In this document: one piece after another, positions 30,633 through 42,130 of the stretch
How the letters are laid out: each line of letters opens with the position of its first letter
Position numbering within the stretch: position 1 is the first letter of the stretch
Assembly: GCA_018814025.1 (NCBI GenBank)
Contig: JAHJAM010000014.1
Span: 1-49,635 of the forward strand
Source of the DNA: Patescibacteria group bacterium
Lineage (GTDB): Bacteria > Patescibacteriota > Patescibacteriia > UBA9934 > GWF2-40-263
Reading direction: 5' to 3'
DNA: 49,635 nt
The notes under the pieces: generated by a model
Database searches by the model: none
Seen by the model: only the letters and a program-made list of their open reading frames with translations
What the model was told of the DNA's origin: nothing
Made by a program: the position numbers and the translations under genes

Positions 30633-31337
30633 ATGAATCCTCGGCAAGAAACTGTTTTAAAATTGATTGTAGATGAGTATGTTCGCAGCGCCGAACCAGT
30701 CGGCTCGCGCTTCTTATCGCAAATGAGCGAGCTTCAAGTGTCGCCGGCTACTATCAGAAACGACATGGTGGCCCTGGAATGCGAAGGCTACATCGCCCAG
30801 CCTCACACTTCGGCCGGCCGCGTGCCCACGGAAAAAGCCTACATCTACTATTTGCAAAACTTTACTTCTGACCAAAGCCGTCCGACGCACGCCAAGCAAA
30901 TGTATCAAGCCCTTGAAGGCGCCGAGGCCGATCAAGATATCGTTAAAACTCTGGCGAAAACTTTAGTCGAACTTTCCGGGGAAATGGTCGTGGCCGCTTT
31001 TGATCCGCGCTCCAGCTATTTCACGGGCGTGTCCAATCTCTTTGCCAAGCCGGATTTTCACAATTTGGCCATGATTCAATCCTTGTCCGCTTTGGTTGAT
31101 CGTTTTGATGAGGTAATGGGCGAAATGTTTGATCAAATCCATTCCGACCCCCAAGTCATGATCGGCTCGGCCAATCCCTTTGGCTCGGACATGTCATCCA
31201 TCATGGTCAAATACACCCTGCCTTCCGGCCACACCGGCCTGCTCGGCCTGGTCGGCCCCATGCGCATGGACTATTCCAAAAACATTCATTTGCTCGAGAG
31301 GGCTAAAGAAATCCTAGACGAATATGAAGAAGGATAA
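30633..31337 (+). CDS. hrcA: Heat-inducible transcription repressor HrcA (short form)
   Basis: EPVGS, SPATIRNDM, QPHTSAGRVPT, GPMRMDY. Confidence 0.93.
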   Translation: MNPRQETVLKLIVDEYVRSAEPVGSRFLSQMSELQVSPATIRNDMVALECEGYIAQPHTSAGRVPTEKAYIYYLQNFTSDQSRPTHAKQMYQALEGAEADQDIVKTLAKTLVELSGEMVVAAFDPRSSYFTGVSNLFAKPDFHNLAMIQSLSALVDRFDEVMGEMFDQIHSDPQVMIGSANPFGSDMSSIMVKYTLPSGHTGLLGLVGPMRMDYSKNIHLLERAKEILDEYEEG

Positions 31338-31818
31338 TAAAAAAGAGCCGGCGGAGCTAAATGAGCTAGAAGAGCTAAGAAAAAAAGGCGAAGAGTATCT
31401 CGCGGGCTGGAAGCGTGCTTTAGCGGATTACGACAACGTGTTGAAGGATCTGGGCCGGATCAAATCCGAGCTGCGCCAAAACTCCAAACAAGACGTTGTC
31501 GAATCATTGCTGCCGGTGCTGGACAATTTCGATCAAGCCACCAGCCATGTTCCGGACCGCTTGGATGATCAAACCCAAAACTGGCTCAACGGCATTTTGC
31601 ACATCAAAGATCAGCTCACCGGCACGTTAAGCGATTTCGGCGCCGAGCCTTACGGATCGCCCGGCGATGAATTTGATCCCCATCTCCATGACGCGATCCA
31701 GGAAGTGAACGAGCCGGATCAAGCCGATCAAACCATCATTCAAGTCACTTTGCGCGGTTGGAAAATGGGGGAGAAAATCATCCGTCCGGCCAAAGTAGTA
31801 ATTAATAATTTAAAGTAG
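31324..31818 (+). CDS. grpE: Nucleotide exchange factor GrpE
   Basis: RALADYDN, LLPVLDNF, FDPHLHDA, IRPAKVV. Confidence 0.93.
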   Translation: MKKDNKKEPAELNELEELRKKGEEYLAGWKRALADYDNVLKDLGRIKSELRQNSKQDVVESLLPVLDNFDQATSHVPDRLDDQTQNWLNGILHIKDQLTGTLSDFGAEPYGSPGDEFDPHLHDAIQEVNEPDQADQTIIQVTLRGWKMGEKIIRPAKVVINNLK

Positions 31819-31904
31819 AAAGTAGAATCGGCCTTCGGCCTGGTAGAGAGTAGAAAGCGAATTCACTTTCTACAGCGAGCAACGCGAGCGACTCTCCTTT
31901 CTAC
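31815..31904. repeat. Composite AGTAGAA-heptamer palindromic element
   Basis: AGTAGAAAGTAGAA, GGCCTTCGGCC hairpin, GTAGAAAG...CTTTCTAC arms, GCGAGCAACGCGAGCG. Confidence 0.6.
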
Positions 31905-31917
31905 ATCATCCAATCAT

Positions 31918-33825
31918 ATGCCCAAAATTATCGGAATCGATTTAGGCACCACCAATTCCTGCCTGGCCGTCATCGAAGGCGGCCAGCCCAAAGTTTTAGA
32001 AAATAAAGAAGGCAATCGCACCACCCCTTCGGTGGTGGCCATTTCCAAAAGCGGTGAACGCCTGGTGGGCATGTCCGCTAAGCGCCAAGCCGTTACCAAC
32101 CCGGCCAACACTTTGTTTTCCATCAAGCGTTTGATTGGCCGCCGCTGGGCTGATCCGGAAGTTCAGCGCGACCTCGAACGCATGCCTTACCAAATCGTCC
32201 AGCGCGGCGACGGCATTGCCATCAAAATGGGCGATAAAGAACACACGCCCGAAGAAATCTCAGCCATGATTTTGCAGAAGCTGAAGCAAGACGCGGAAGC
32301 GCGCTTGGGCGAAAAAGTGACCGAAGCCGTGATCACCGTGCCGGCCTATTTCGACGATGCCCAGCGCCAAGCCACCAAAGTGGCTGGCGAAATCGCGGGT
32401 TTAACCGTCAAACGCATCATCAACGAACCCACGGCCGCGGCCTTGGCCTACGGCTTTGATAAAAAGAAAGGCCAGCAAATTTTGGTTTACGATCTGGGCG
32501 GCGGAACCTTCGATGTTTCCGTGCTGGACGTGTCTGAAGATACCGTGGAAGTCAAATCCACCAATGGCGACACTCACTTGGGCGGCGATGACTTTGACCG
32601 CGTGATTATTGACTGGATTCTCAATGAATTTCGAAAGCAAGAGGGGATTGATTTACAAACTGACAGTCTGGCTTTGCAGCGCATTAAAGACGCGGCCGAA
32701 AAAGCTAAAATTGAGTTATCCACGGCCGAACAAACCGAAATCAACCAGCCCTTCATTACCTCCGACGCCAATGGTCCCAAACACCTGGTCATCACCATGA
32801 CGCGCTCCAAGCTCGAAGAGCTGTGCGATGATTTGATCAAAAAAACCATGGAGCCGGTCAAGGCTGCTTTGGCTGATGCCAAATTAGGCAAAGGCGATAT
32901 CGAAGAAATCGTTTTGGTCGGCGGCATGACTCGCATGCCCATGGTCCAGCGAGTGGTTGAGGAATTCTTCGGCAAAAAACCCAATGTCAGCGTGAATCCG
33001 GATGAAGTGGTGGCTCTGGGCGCGGCCGTGCAAGCCGGCGTGCTCCAAGGCGAAGTGAAAGATGTTTTGCTGCTTGATGTCACTCCCTTATCGCTCGGTT
33101 TGGAAACTCTGGGCGGCGTGATGACCAAGCTGATTGAACGCAACACCACCATCCCCACCAGCAAGTCGCAAATTTTCTCCACGGCCGCCGATAGCCAGAC
33201 CTCGGTCGAAATCAATGTCCTGCAAGGCGAACGCGAGCTGGCGAGCGGCAACAAAACCCTCGGCCGCTTTATCCTCTCCGGCATTCCCATGGCGCCGCGC
33301 GGCGTGCCTCAAGTCGAAGTGAAGTTTGATATCGACGCCAACGGCATCTTAAACGTGTCCGCGACCGATAAAGCTTCGGGCCAAAAGCAGGAAATCCGCA
33401 TCGAGGCTTCCACCGGACTTTCCGACGAAGAAGTCGAACGCATGAAAAAGGACGCGGAGGAACACGCGGCCGAAGACCAAAAGAAAAAAGCCAAGATCGA
33501 ACAGCAAAACTTGGCGGAAACCATGATCTATACCACGGAAAAAATGCTCAAAGAAGCGGGCGACAAAGTCAGTGCCGAAGAAAAGAAAAATATTGAAGAT
33601 AAAATTGAAGCTTTGAAAAAGGTGAAAGACGGCGATGATGCGGAAGCTATTAAAAAAGCCGCTGATGAATTAACCGAAGTAGCCCAAAAAGTCGGGGCCA
33701 AAATGTACGAAGCGCAGAAAGCGGCGAGCGAAGCGAGCCGTCCTGAGACCGCGGGAGCCGACGAAGGATCTTCAGATAAGAAGGCTGACGAACCCATTGA
33801 TGCGGAGTTTGAGGAGAAAAAATAA
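31918..33825 (+). CDS. dnaK: Chaperone DnaK (Hsp70)
   Basis: [32 protein letters not shown]. Confidence 0.98.
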   Translation: MPKIIGIDLGTTNSCLAVIEGGQPKVLENKEGNRTTPSVVAISKSGERLVGMSAKRQAVTNPANTLFSIKRLIGRRWADPEVQRDLERMPYQIVQRGDGIAIKMGDKEHTPEEISAMILQKLKQDAEARLGEKVTEAVITVPAYFDDAQRQATKVAGEIAGLTVKRIINEPTAAALAYGFDKKKGQQILVYDLGGGTFDVSVLDVSEDTVEVKSTNGDTHLGGDDFDRVIIDWILNEFRKQEGIDLQTDSLALQRIKDAAEKAKIELSTAEQTEINQPFITSDANGPKHLVITMTRSKLEELCDDLIKKTMEPVKAALADAKLGKGDIEEIVLVGGMTRMPMVQRVVEEFFGKKPNVSVNPDEVVALGAAVQAGVLQGEVKDVLLLDVTPLSLGLETLGGVMTKLIERNTTIPTSKSQIFSTAADSQTSVEINVLQGERELASGNKTLGRFILSGIPMAPRGVPQVEVKFDIDANGILNVSATDKASGQKQEIRIEASTGLSDEEVERMKKDAEEHAAEDQKKKAKIEQQNLAETMIYTTEKMLKEAGDKVSAEEKKNIEDKIEALKKVKDGDDAEAIKKAADELTEVAQKVGAKMYEAQKAASEASRPETAGADEGSSDKKADEPIDAEFEEKK

Positions 33826-33834
33826 TTAACGATC

Positions 33835-33918
33835 ACCTCCCCCTAGCCCCCTCCTTGGTAAGGAGGGGGAATAAACACGTTCTCCTCCCCCTTGCCAAGG
33901 GGGAGGTTGGGAGGGGGT
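33835..33918. repeat. GC-rich multi-hairpin REP/MITE-like element
   Basis: CCCCCTCCTT-GGT-AAGGAGGGGG and CTCCCCCTTG-C-CAAGGGGGAG hairpins inside ACCTCCC...GGGAGGGGGT ends. Confidence 0.7.
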
Positions 33919-33928
33919 CTTGAATACT

Positions 33929-34156
33929 ATGACATCCCGCGCGCCCCAATCACTAGAAGAAAATTTCGTGGCCTACATGGCGCATGACGAGGGCTGTGTT
34001 ACGACCGAGGCGGTGATCCCGCCTCCTGATACCTGTTCAGAAAGTGTGCACCTCATGTACGGCCTGGCCCAATGGCACGTATTCACCGTGGTCATTGTTT
34101 TCATTTTTGCGCTCATCATCATGCAAATGATTCAAATGGCGATTAAGGACCATTAA
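33929..34156 (+). CDS. Small membrane protein between dnaK and dnaJ
   Basis: 75-aa ORF with C-terminal TM helix. Confidence 0.55.
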   Translation: MTSRAPQSLEENFVAYMAHDEGCVTTEAVIPPPDTCSESVHLMYGLAQWHVFTVVIVFIFALIIMQMIQMAIKDH

Positions 34157-34165
34157 AAGAACCTT

Positions 34166-34262
34166 TCGTCATTGCGAGGCTGGAGTCATAAGTCGACTGA
34201 CGAAGCAACCTCAAGTCACGTGAGATTGCTTCGCTCGATTAATATCTCGCTCGCAATGACGA
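34166..34262. repeat. RPE-like palindromic element (GTCATTGCGAG...CTCGCAATGAC)
   Basis: 13-bp terminal IR TCGTCATTGCGAG/CTCGCAATGACGA; inner IR CGAAGCAACCTC/GAGATTGCTTCG. Confidence 0.8.
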
Positions 34263-34270
34263 GAAAACAC

Positions 34271-35346
34271 ATGTCCAAAGATTATTATCAAACATTAGGA
34301 GTCGGGAAAGGCGCTTCTCAAGATGAGATCAAGCGCGCTTTTCGTAAACTCGCGCATCAATATCATCCGGACAAGCCCACTGGCAATGAAGCCAAGTTCA
34401 AAGAAGCCAATGAAGCTTATCAAGTCTTGGGTGATGAAAAAAAGCGCGCCCAATATGATCAATTCGGTTCCGCGGCCTTCGACGGCTCGGCCGGCGGCGG
34501 ATATGGCCAAGGGTTTGGCGGTTTTTCTGGTTTTTCTCAAAACATCAACATGGATGATTTAGGCGATATTTTTGGCGACATGTTCGGTTTCTCCGGCAGA
34601 GCCGGATCCGGCTTCGCCGGAGGTGGTCGTCAGACTCGCCGCGGCCACGATATCCGCGTGGACGCTGATCTTTCCTTTAAAGAATCCGTGTTTGGTAAAG
34701 AAATTGAATTTTCCCTGACCAAGCCTTCGGCTTGCGCCCGCTGCGGCGGCGTTGGCGCCGAGCCCGGCACCAAAATGAAAACCTGCGATGATTGCCAGGG
34801 CAGCGGCGTCAAAGTCACCACGCACCGCACCATGCTCGGCAATCTTCAGCAGAAAACCGCTTGTCCAACTTGTGCTGGCGAAGGAGAAATTCCCGAAACC
34901 CAATGCAGTGAATGCGCCGGCTCCGGCCTGACCAATAGCCAAAAGACTTTAAACGTCAACATTCCGGCCGGGGTTGATGACGGCGTGACTTTGCGCGTGC
35001 GCGGCCAAGGCGAAGCCGTCAAAGGCGGTCCGGACGGGGATTTGTTCGTCCGGATTCATGTGAAGCCGGATCCGGATTTTCAGCGCCAAGATCACACCAT
35101 CATTTCACAAGTTGATCTCGGTTTTACTCAAGCCGCGCTCGGCGACAAGATTGAAGTGAAAACCATCGACGGTTCTGGTGAATTAAAAATTCCCGCCGGC
35201 ACCCAATCCGGCACGCAATTCCGCCTCAAAGGCAAAGGTGTGCCCGGCCGCCACGGCCGCGGCGACCAAATCATCATCGCCAATGTCGTCACACCAAAGA
35301 AATTATCCCGCGAGCAAAAGAAGCTATTGGAACAGTTGGATTTAAG

Positions 35347-35350
<4 letters not shown>
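34271..35350 (+). CDS. dnaJ: Chaperone DnaJ
   Basis: KDYY..HPD J-domain, G/F region, four CxxCxGxG motifs. Confidence 0.97.
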
Positions 35351-35394
<44 letters not shown>

Positions 35395-35490
35395 TCCTTA
35401 GGGTATTCCCGGGGAGTTTTGAATTTCGTCCACTTTCTAGAAAAAAAGCACCTGATTCAGATGAATCAGGTGCCGCGATGCTGGTGTGTC

Positions 35491-35919
35491 TCACACCTTT
35501 CCCATGACCCGATAAGCGATGCCCGGAAACAGAGGCTTATCCATTCGTTTCAAGGAAAGGCCGGTCACGGCGGAAATAATGGCCATGGTGGCCGTGAAAA
35601 CCCGGCTGACCACCACCGAACTGAAGCTCAGGTACTCAAGGAAGCCTTTCTGTTCGCCGTCGATCAGGCTGATGATGATCAGGCGCTGGTTGTTCCGGAT
35701 CACGCTGATCCAGCGCTTTTCCATGTCGTAGTGGATCATATCGCCGGTCAGCAAGGTAGTCGGAGTTCCGTCCGGAGTCGCCATGGTGCCGGAAACTGAC
35801 CATGGTCGGCTGATCAAATTGTTGGACTTCAGGTTCGAAACCAGTTCGAAACCTTCGAATTCTCCGATCACCGGTGGTTGTTTTTCCGTTCCGGTTTCGA
35901 CTGCCATCTCGCTCATCAC
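35491..35919 (-). CDS. Hypothetical protein
   Basis: AGGAGGG SD before GTG/ATG; convergent hairpin GCACCTGATTCA-GA-TGAATCAGGTGC. Confidence 0.6.
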   Translation of the reverse strand: MMSEMAVETGTEKQPPVIGEFEGFELVSNLKSNNLISRPWSVSGTMATPDGTPTTLLTGDMIHYDMEKRWISVIRNNQRLIIISLIDGEQKGFLEYLSFSSVVVSRVFTATMAIISAVTGLSLKRMDKPLFPGIAYRVMGKV

Positions 35920-35990
35920 CCCTCCTCGGGTTTAGGTAAAAGATCGTTTTGCCAATTATACACCAAGGAACAGATCGGTTCTGTGTATAA

Positions 35991-37130
<1,140 letters not shown>

Positions 37131-37132
37131 CT

Positions 37133-37159
37133 CGGCAGAGCCGGGTCCGGCTTCGCCGG
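37133..37159. repeat. REP-like hairpin CGGCAGAGCCGGGTCCGGCTTCGCCGG
   Basis: Near-identical copies at 34591-34622 and, reversed, at 25991-26018 and 26100-26127. Confidence 0.75.
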
Positions 37160-37217
37160 ATGCCTAAAGCCTAATCAATCAAAAAAAGCGGGCCAGTTCG
37201 GTCCGCTTTGTGTTTGT

Positions 37218-37925
37218 TCAGCCCGAGTCATCGCCGGTTTCCGCCTCATCATCCGGATCAGCGATTCGGACTTTAAGCCGGTTAGCGAGATTGAGCAGTT
37301 CGTCGACCAGTTCCTTGGCCGCGATCAGGTTGGCGATGGCCCGCAAAGTCGGGCGCGCCGCCTGAATGTTTTGATCCAAGCCCGCGCTCAAGTCTTCCAG
37401 AGCCGACAGATCCGGATAAGCCGCGCGAATCTGGGACATAATGTCCTGAATTGCGGTCTGCGGGGCCGAGCTGAGTTCTGTGCGTTCGTTTTCGTTGCTT
37501 TGATTGGCCAAATGGATCAGTTCCTTGGATGCGTTCGTGCGCAATTCAAGAAATAGACGAACGAATTTGGCCACGGCCGAAGGCAAGTACTGAAAAAGGA
37601 ACTTAGGGCCCTGGCGCGCCGCCGCAATCCGGATCAAATCATCCAGCTCTCGGGAACACATTTCCCGGCCTTGAGCCGTGCCGCGCAAAGCCATCATCAG
37701 CTGGCCCACGGTTTGGCCCGCGGCCAGGGTGCGAATCAGATTGTCAAAGCCGAATTGAAAATGCTCCTTGACGAAAGCCTGGATCAGCTCTTGTCCTTGG
37801 AAATTCGCGGTCGCGTCTTGATCTTTCCAAAAGCGCCCCCAAACTTCTGCTTGTCCGTCCAGTCTTTGGTCTTGGGCCATCTGTTGTTTTGGCGTTAAAC
37901 CGGATGCTCGGCGCCTGACTCGCAT
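37218..37925 (-). CDS. Hypothetical alpha-helical protein
   Basis: GGGAGGT SD, 235-aa ORF, convergent terminator at about 37181-37210. Confidence 0.65.
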   Translation of the reverse strand: MRVRRRASGLTPKQQMAQDQRLDGQAEVWGRFWKDQDATANFQGQELIQAFVKEHFQFGFDNLIRTLAAGQTVGQLMMALRGTAQGREMCSRELDDLIRIAAARQGPKFLFQYLPSAVAKFVRLFLELRTNASKELIHLANQSNENERTELSSAPQTAIQDIMSQIRAAYPDLSALEDLSAGLDQNIQAARPTLRAIANLIAAKELVDELLNLANRLKVRIADPDDEAETGDDSG

Positions 37926-38035
37926 GGGTACCTCCCGCTGGTATGCCGGCCAAAATTTATGTTATTTCCGCCGATTTGTCAATTGTCCTCATAGCTCCGA
38001 GTCAAGTTTTCACAGATATGATATGATATTTCCAT

Positions 38036-38416
38036 ATGGCACAAAATGCCGGCATTTTAGCTATAAAATATTTTTTCGGGGATCTGCTGGGCGGCATCAT
38101 CGCTTTTCCCATCTGGTGGTACACCTTTGGTTTGCAGATCATGCTGAGTTGGTTGGGCCGAGCCCTTAAGACCGTGAATCAATATACCGCGGTTTCAGTT
38201 TGGATCAAGAATTTATTCGTGCCTATGTATGGGGAAACCGGCCTGGCCGGCCGGGTCATCAGTTTTTTTATCCGATTGTTTATGATTCTGGCCCGGGGTC
38301 TGGCTTTTGTCCTTCTTAGTATTTGTGTTTTTGCCTTTTTCGCCTTCTATTTAGCCATTTTACCCTTGGCCATCATCGGCATTATTTATCATTTAGGCGG
38401 TTTGGCCATTACCTAG
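38036..38416 (+). CDS. Conserved small membrane protein upstream of the Clp ATPase
   Basis: FPIWWY..WIKNLFVPMYG..GRVISFFIR; 1-nt gap to the next gene. Confidence 0.8.
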   Translation: MAQNAGILAIKYFFGDLLGGIIAFPIWWYTFGLQIMLSWLGRALKTVNQYTAVSVWIKNLFVPMYGETGLAGRVISFFIRLFMILARGLAFVLLSICVFAFFAFYLAILPLAIIGIIYHLGGLAIT

Positions 38417-38417
38417 C

Positions 38418-41093
38418 ATGCAAGAACAGCCACCCATCAAGTCTCAAGCTCCGGCCCCGGCCGACCTCAAGCCCACCCTCGGCGTCAGCCTGGGCAAGGA
38501 TGTTTTTGTTTGGTCCGAGCGGGTCGATGCCACGGCCATTGCTTTGCGCAACCTCCGCGACCGCTTGAACATGGCTGTGAATATTGTGGCCTTAGTCGCG
38601 GCCTTATTTTTCTTTTTGCTTTTCATCTATGTCTCTTTGTTTCAAACTGATCCGGCCACGGCTTTGTCTTTAGCCTACTGGCTTGTTCCGACTTCGGCCG
38701 GCTTATATTTCTCAATTGCCGTGCTCATCGGTTGTTTTGTTTTTTATCGTTTGGCCGAATCGGCTCGCCGCCGCTTGTTTATCCCTCCGCTGAAAAAAGC
38801 TGATCCGAAACCGCAAATTCAAACCTTGCCGCCGGGCAAGCAGAAAAACATCGCCCGGCTCTTTGATCCCACGGCTCTGAAAGCCGTGGAAGAAGCCTAT
38901 CAGCTGGCCGCCCGCTACCAGCACAAACAAGTTCGGCCCCTGCATTTGTTTATCGGTTCCTTGACCGCCCAAGACGTGGGCGTGGTTTTCGGGCGTCTGG
39001 GTCTGAAATTCGATCAAATCAAAGATGCTTTGGGCCGCCGCTTGAATGAACAGCAAAAAGGCGCACCCACTCAGTTTGCGGTTGAATCTGAAGAAACACT
39101 TTTGGCCGCTTTTCTCAATGCTTATCAGCAAAGCCGCAAAACCGTGACCGGCTTGGAAATTTTTTACGAGGCTTACCGGCGCGACGCGTTTGTGCGCGAA
39201 TTGCTTTATGATCTGAAAGTTGATGAGACTCAGCTCTTAAACGTAGTGGAATGGATTCGGATTACCGGCAAGCTGCGCGAGCGTTTTCAGGATTTTCAGA
39301 AAGCGGCTTTTTTCAAGCCCACCGGCCCCATGAATCGCGCCATGACTTCCGTGGCCACGCCGGCTTTGGATGCCGTTTCCGATGATTTAACCGCGGCCGC
39401 GGTGGCCGGGGACGCGCCCCTGCTGATTGGCCGGCAAAAAGAAATGGCCGAAATTCTCCGCGTGATCGAAGGCGGCCGTCAAAGCGTCGTCTTAGTCGGC
39501 GCGGACGGCACCGGCAAATCCGCCGTGCTGCAAGGCTTGGCTCAGTTGATGGTGGAGGAAAGAGTGCCGGAAGTTTTGCAAGACAAGCGCCTGGTCAGTT
39601 TGAATATTCCGTATCTGGTTTCCGGCGCCAACCCGGCTCAGGCTCAGGAGCGGCTGCTGCAAGTGCTGGTTGACGTGGCTCGCTCGCGCAACATCATTCT
39701 GGCCATTCCCAATCTGGAACAATTAACCGGTTTATCTGCCGGTTCCGAGCAAACCGCTGATTTATCCGCCTTGTTGATTGATTTTCTGGCCCGCGGCTCC
39801 ACTTTCGCCATTGCCACCACCACGCCTCAGGCTTACGTGGCCGCGATCGAGCGCTCGATTTTAGGCCGGTCTTTTGAAAAAGTTGAATTGCTGGAACCGG
39901 ACATCAATGAATCCATCCAAATTTTAGAATCAAAAATCGGCGGCCTGGAGTATGAGCACCACGTGATTTTTTCATACGACGCCGTGGCCAAAGCCGTTCA
40001 GCTCTCGGATCGCTACATGCACGAAGAATACTTGCCGCAAAAGGCCATTAATGTTTGCCGCGAAGTCGCCTTGGAGGTGGCTCAGAAAAAAGGCCAGAAC
40101 GCCTTAGTGACCGGCGAGGACGTGGCCGGCATCATCGCGGATAAAACCAATATCCCGATTACGCAAGTCACGCAGGCCGAAAAAGAAAAATTACTGAATC
40201 TGGAAGAAAAAATGCGCGAACGCATGGTCGGCCAAGCCGAAGCCGTCAGCGCCGTGGCCGATGCTCTGCGCCGGGCCCGAGCCGAATTGCGCTCTGAAAA
40301 TCGTCCGATCGCCACTTTTCTGTTTTTGGGTCCCACGGGCGTGGGTAAAACCGAGCTGGCCAAAACCGTGGCCGAAGTTTATTTCGGCCGCGAGGAGGCC
40401 ATGCTTCGTTTTGACATGTCCGAATACCAGGAGTCCGGCAGCATTGATCGTTTGATCGGCGTGCCCGGCTCCAATGAAGGCGGATTATTAACCGAGGCCG
40501 TGCGCCGCCATCCGTTTTCCATCGTGCTCTTGGACGAATTGGAAAAAGCTCATCCGGATATTTTAAACGTCTTTTTGCAGGTCTTTGACGACGGCCGGCT
40601 CACGGACGCGGCCGGCCGCACCATTGATTTCACCAACGCCATCATCGTGGCCACTTCCAACGCCGGTTCTCAATACATCCAAGACGCGGTCCGCCAAAAT
40701 CTGCCCCTGGACCAAATTAAAAACCATCTGTTGGAAGAAGAATTGCGCAGCATTTATCGGCCAGAATTCCTCAATCGATTTGATGGCACTATCGTTTTCA
40801 AAACTTTATCGCCCAGCGAAGTCGAGCAGATTGCCTATTTAATGATCAATCAAGTGGCCGCTCGCCTCGAACCCAAAGGCATTCATTTCCGTGCCTCGGA
40901 CGAAGCCGTGGCCGAATTGGCCCGCCTGGGCTATGATCCGAAATTCGGCGCCCGCCCTTTGCGCCGGGTCGTGCAAGAAAAAGTCGATAACGCCATTGCC
41001 GAAGCCCTGCTTGAAGGCCGGGTTTCCCGCCGCGATACCATCATCCTCGAAGAGGGTGGAAAAATAAATATCGAAAAAGCCCCAGCTCTATGA
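38418..41093 (+). CDS. ClpA/B/C-family AAA+ ATPase with two N-terminal TM helices
   Basis: Clp-N domain, D1 GADGTGKS, D2 GPTGVGKTELAK, DMSEY, LLDELEKAH, RPEFLNR, GARPLRR. Confidence 0.9.
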   Translation: MQEQPPIKSQAPAPADLKPTLGVSLGKDVFVWSERVDATAIALRNLRDRLNMAVNIVALVAALFFFLLFIYVSLFQTDPATALSLAYWLVPTSAGLYFSIAVLIGCFVFYRLAESARRRLFIPPLKKADPKPQIQTLPPGKQKNIARLFDPTALKAVEEAYQLAARYQHKQVRPLHLFIGSLTAQDVGVVFGRLGLKFDQIKDALGRRLNEQQKGAPTQFAVESEETLLAAFLNAYQQSRKTVTGLEIFYEAYRRDAFVRELLYDLKVDETQLLNVVEWIRITGKLRERFQDFQKAAFFKPTGPMNRAMTSVATPALDAVSDDLTAAAVAGDAPLLIGRQKEMAEILRVIEGGRQSVVLVGADGTGKSAVLQGLAQLMVEERVPEVLQDKRLVSLNIPYLVSGANPAQAQERLLQVLVDVARSRNIILAIPNLEQLTGLSAGSEQTADLSALLIDFLARGSTFAIATTTPQAYVAAIERSILGRSFEKVELLEPDINESIQILESKIGGLEYEHHVIFSYDAVAKAVQLSDRYMHEEYLPQKAINVCREVALEVAQKKGQNALVTGEDVAGIIADKTNIPITQVTQAEKEKLLNLEEKMRERMVGQAEAVSAVADALRRARAELRSENRPIATFLFLGPTGVGKTELAKTVAEVYFGREEAMLRFDMSEYQESGSIDRLIGVPGSNEGGLLTEAVRRHPFSIVLLDELEKAHPDILNVFLQVFDDGRLTDAAGRTIDFTNAIIVATSNAGSQYIQDAVRQNLPLDQIKNHLLEEELRSIYRPEFLNRFDGTIVFKTLSPSEVEQIAYLMINQVAARLEPKGIHFRASDEAVAELARLGYDPKFGARPLRRVVQEKVDNAIAEALLEGRVSRRDTIILEEGGKINIEKAPAL

Positions 41094-42130
41094 GTACCAT
41101 CATGATTTCCTGGTTCCTGATCACTTTTCTCTTGTCCTTTGTCGGCACCAAATATATTGCCAAATTGGCTCTGCGCTGGCGGATCGTGGATCGGCCGGCT
41201 TCGGATCGAAAAATCCATAACCAAACCAAGCCCTTGCTCGGCGGTTTGGCCATTTATTTGTCTCTAGCTTTGGCCATTGGCATTATTTTGCTCACCAGCC
41301 GGTATTTAACCGGCGGCCAAATTTCCGGCTGGCATTATTTTGGCTTTTTGCTCGGCGGTTTAATTTTGATGGCCGGCGGCTACTTGGATGATCGTTACAG
41401 CCTGCCGCCTTGGTTTAGCATCATCGCGCCGGTCTTGGCCGCCTTGGCCGCGATCGTTTTTGGCATCGAAGTTGAGAAGCTGACCAACCCCCTGGGCGGC
41501 ATTATATATTTGGCGCCCTGGGTTTCCTCTCTTTTAGTTTTTGTCTGGCTCATGGCCGTGATGTACACCACCAAGTTTTTGGATGGTCTGGACGGCTTGG
41601 CCACGGGCGTGTCCGGCATGGGCGCTTTCATGATCATGCTTTTATCCTTGTCCATCGCTTATTTCCAACCGGATGTAGCTTTGCTTTCGGCTCTGGCCTT
41701 GGGCGCTTTTCTCGGCTTCTTTTTCTGGAATTTCCACCCGGCCGCGGTTTTCCTGGGCGAAGGCGGCAGCACTTTCGTGGGCTACACCCTGGGCATTCTG
41801 GCCGTCATTTCCGGCGGCAAGCTCGCCACTTTGCTGCTCGTGCTCGGCATCCCGATTCTCGATGTGGTTTGGGTGATTTTGCGCCGCTGGTCCCAAGGCG
41901 GCCTCAAGCAAGTGTTCAAAGCCGATCGCAAGCATTTGCATCATCGTCTTTTGGATCTGGGCTGGAGCCAGCGCCGCATTGTTTTGACTTATCTTTTGGT
42001 GGCCGGCGCTTTTGGCACGGCCGCGCTGTTTCTGCAAAGCCGGGAGAAATTCATGGCCCTGGTCATTTTAACCCTGCTTATGATTATCGCCGCTTATCTT
42101 TTGGTTTTACATGAAAAAAAGCAATCTTGA
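41090..42130 (+). CDS. Polyprenyl-phosphate GlcNAc-1-phosphate transferase (WecA/TagO, MraY superfamily)
   Basis: DRP..RKIH..P.LGG, YLDD, DGLDGLA, NFHPA.VFLG, HLHHRL. Confidence 0.9.
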   Translation: MSTIMISWFLITFLLSFVGTKYIAKLALRWRIVDRPASDRKIHNQTKPLLGGLAIYLSLALAIGIILLTSRYLTGGQISGWHYFGFLLGGLILMAGGYLDDRYSLPPWFSIIAPVLAALAAIVFGIEVEKLTNPLGGIIYLAPWVSSLLVFVWLMAVMYTTKFLDGLDGLATGVSGMGAFMIMLLSLSIAYFQPDVALLSALALGAFLGFFFWNFHPAAVFLGEGGSTFVGYTLGILAVISGGKLATLLLVLGIPILDVVWVILRRWSQGGLKQVFKADRKHLHHRLLDLGWSQRRIVLTYLLVAGAFGTAALFLQSREKFMALVILTLLMIIAAYLLVLHEKKQS

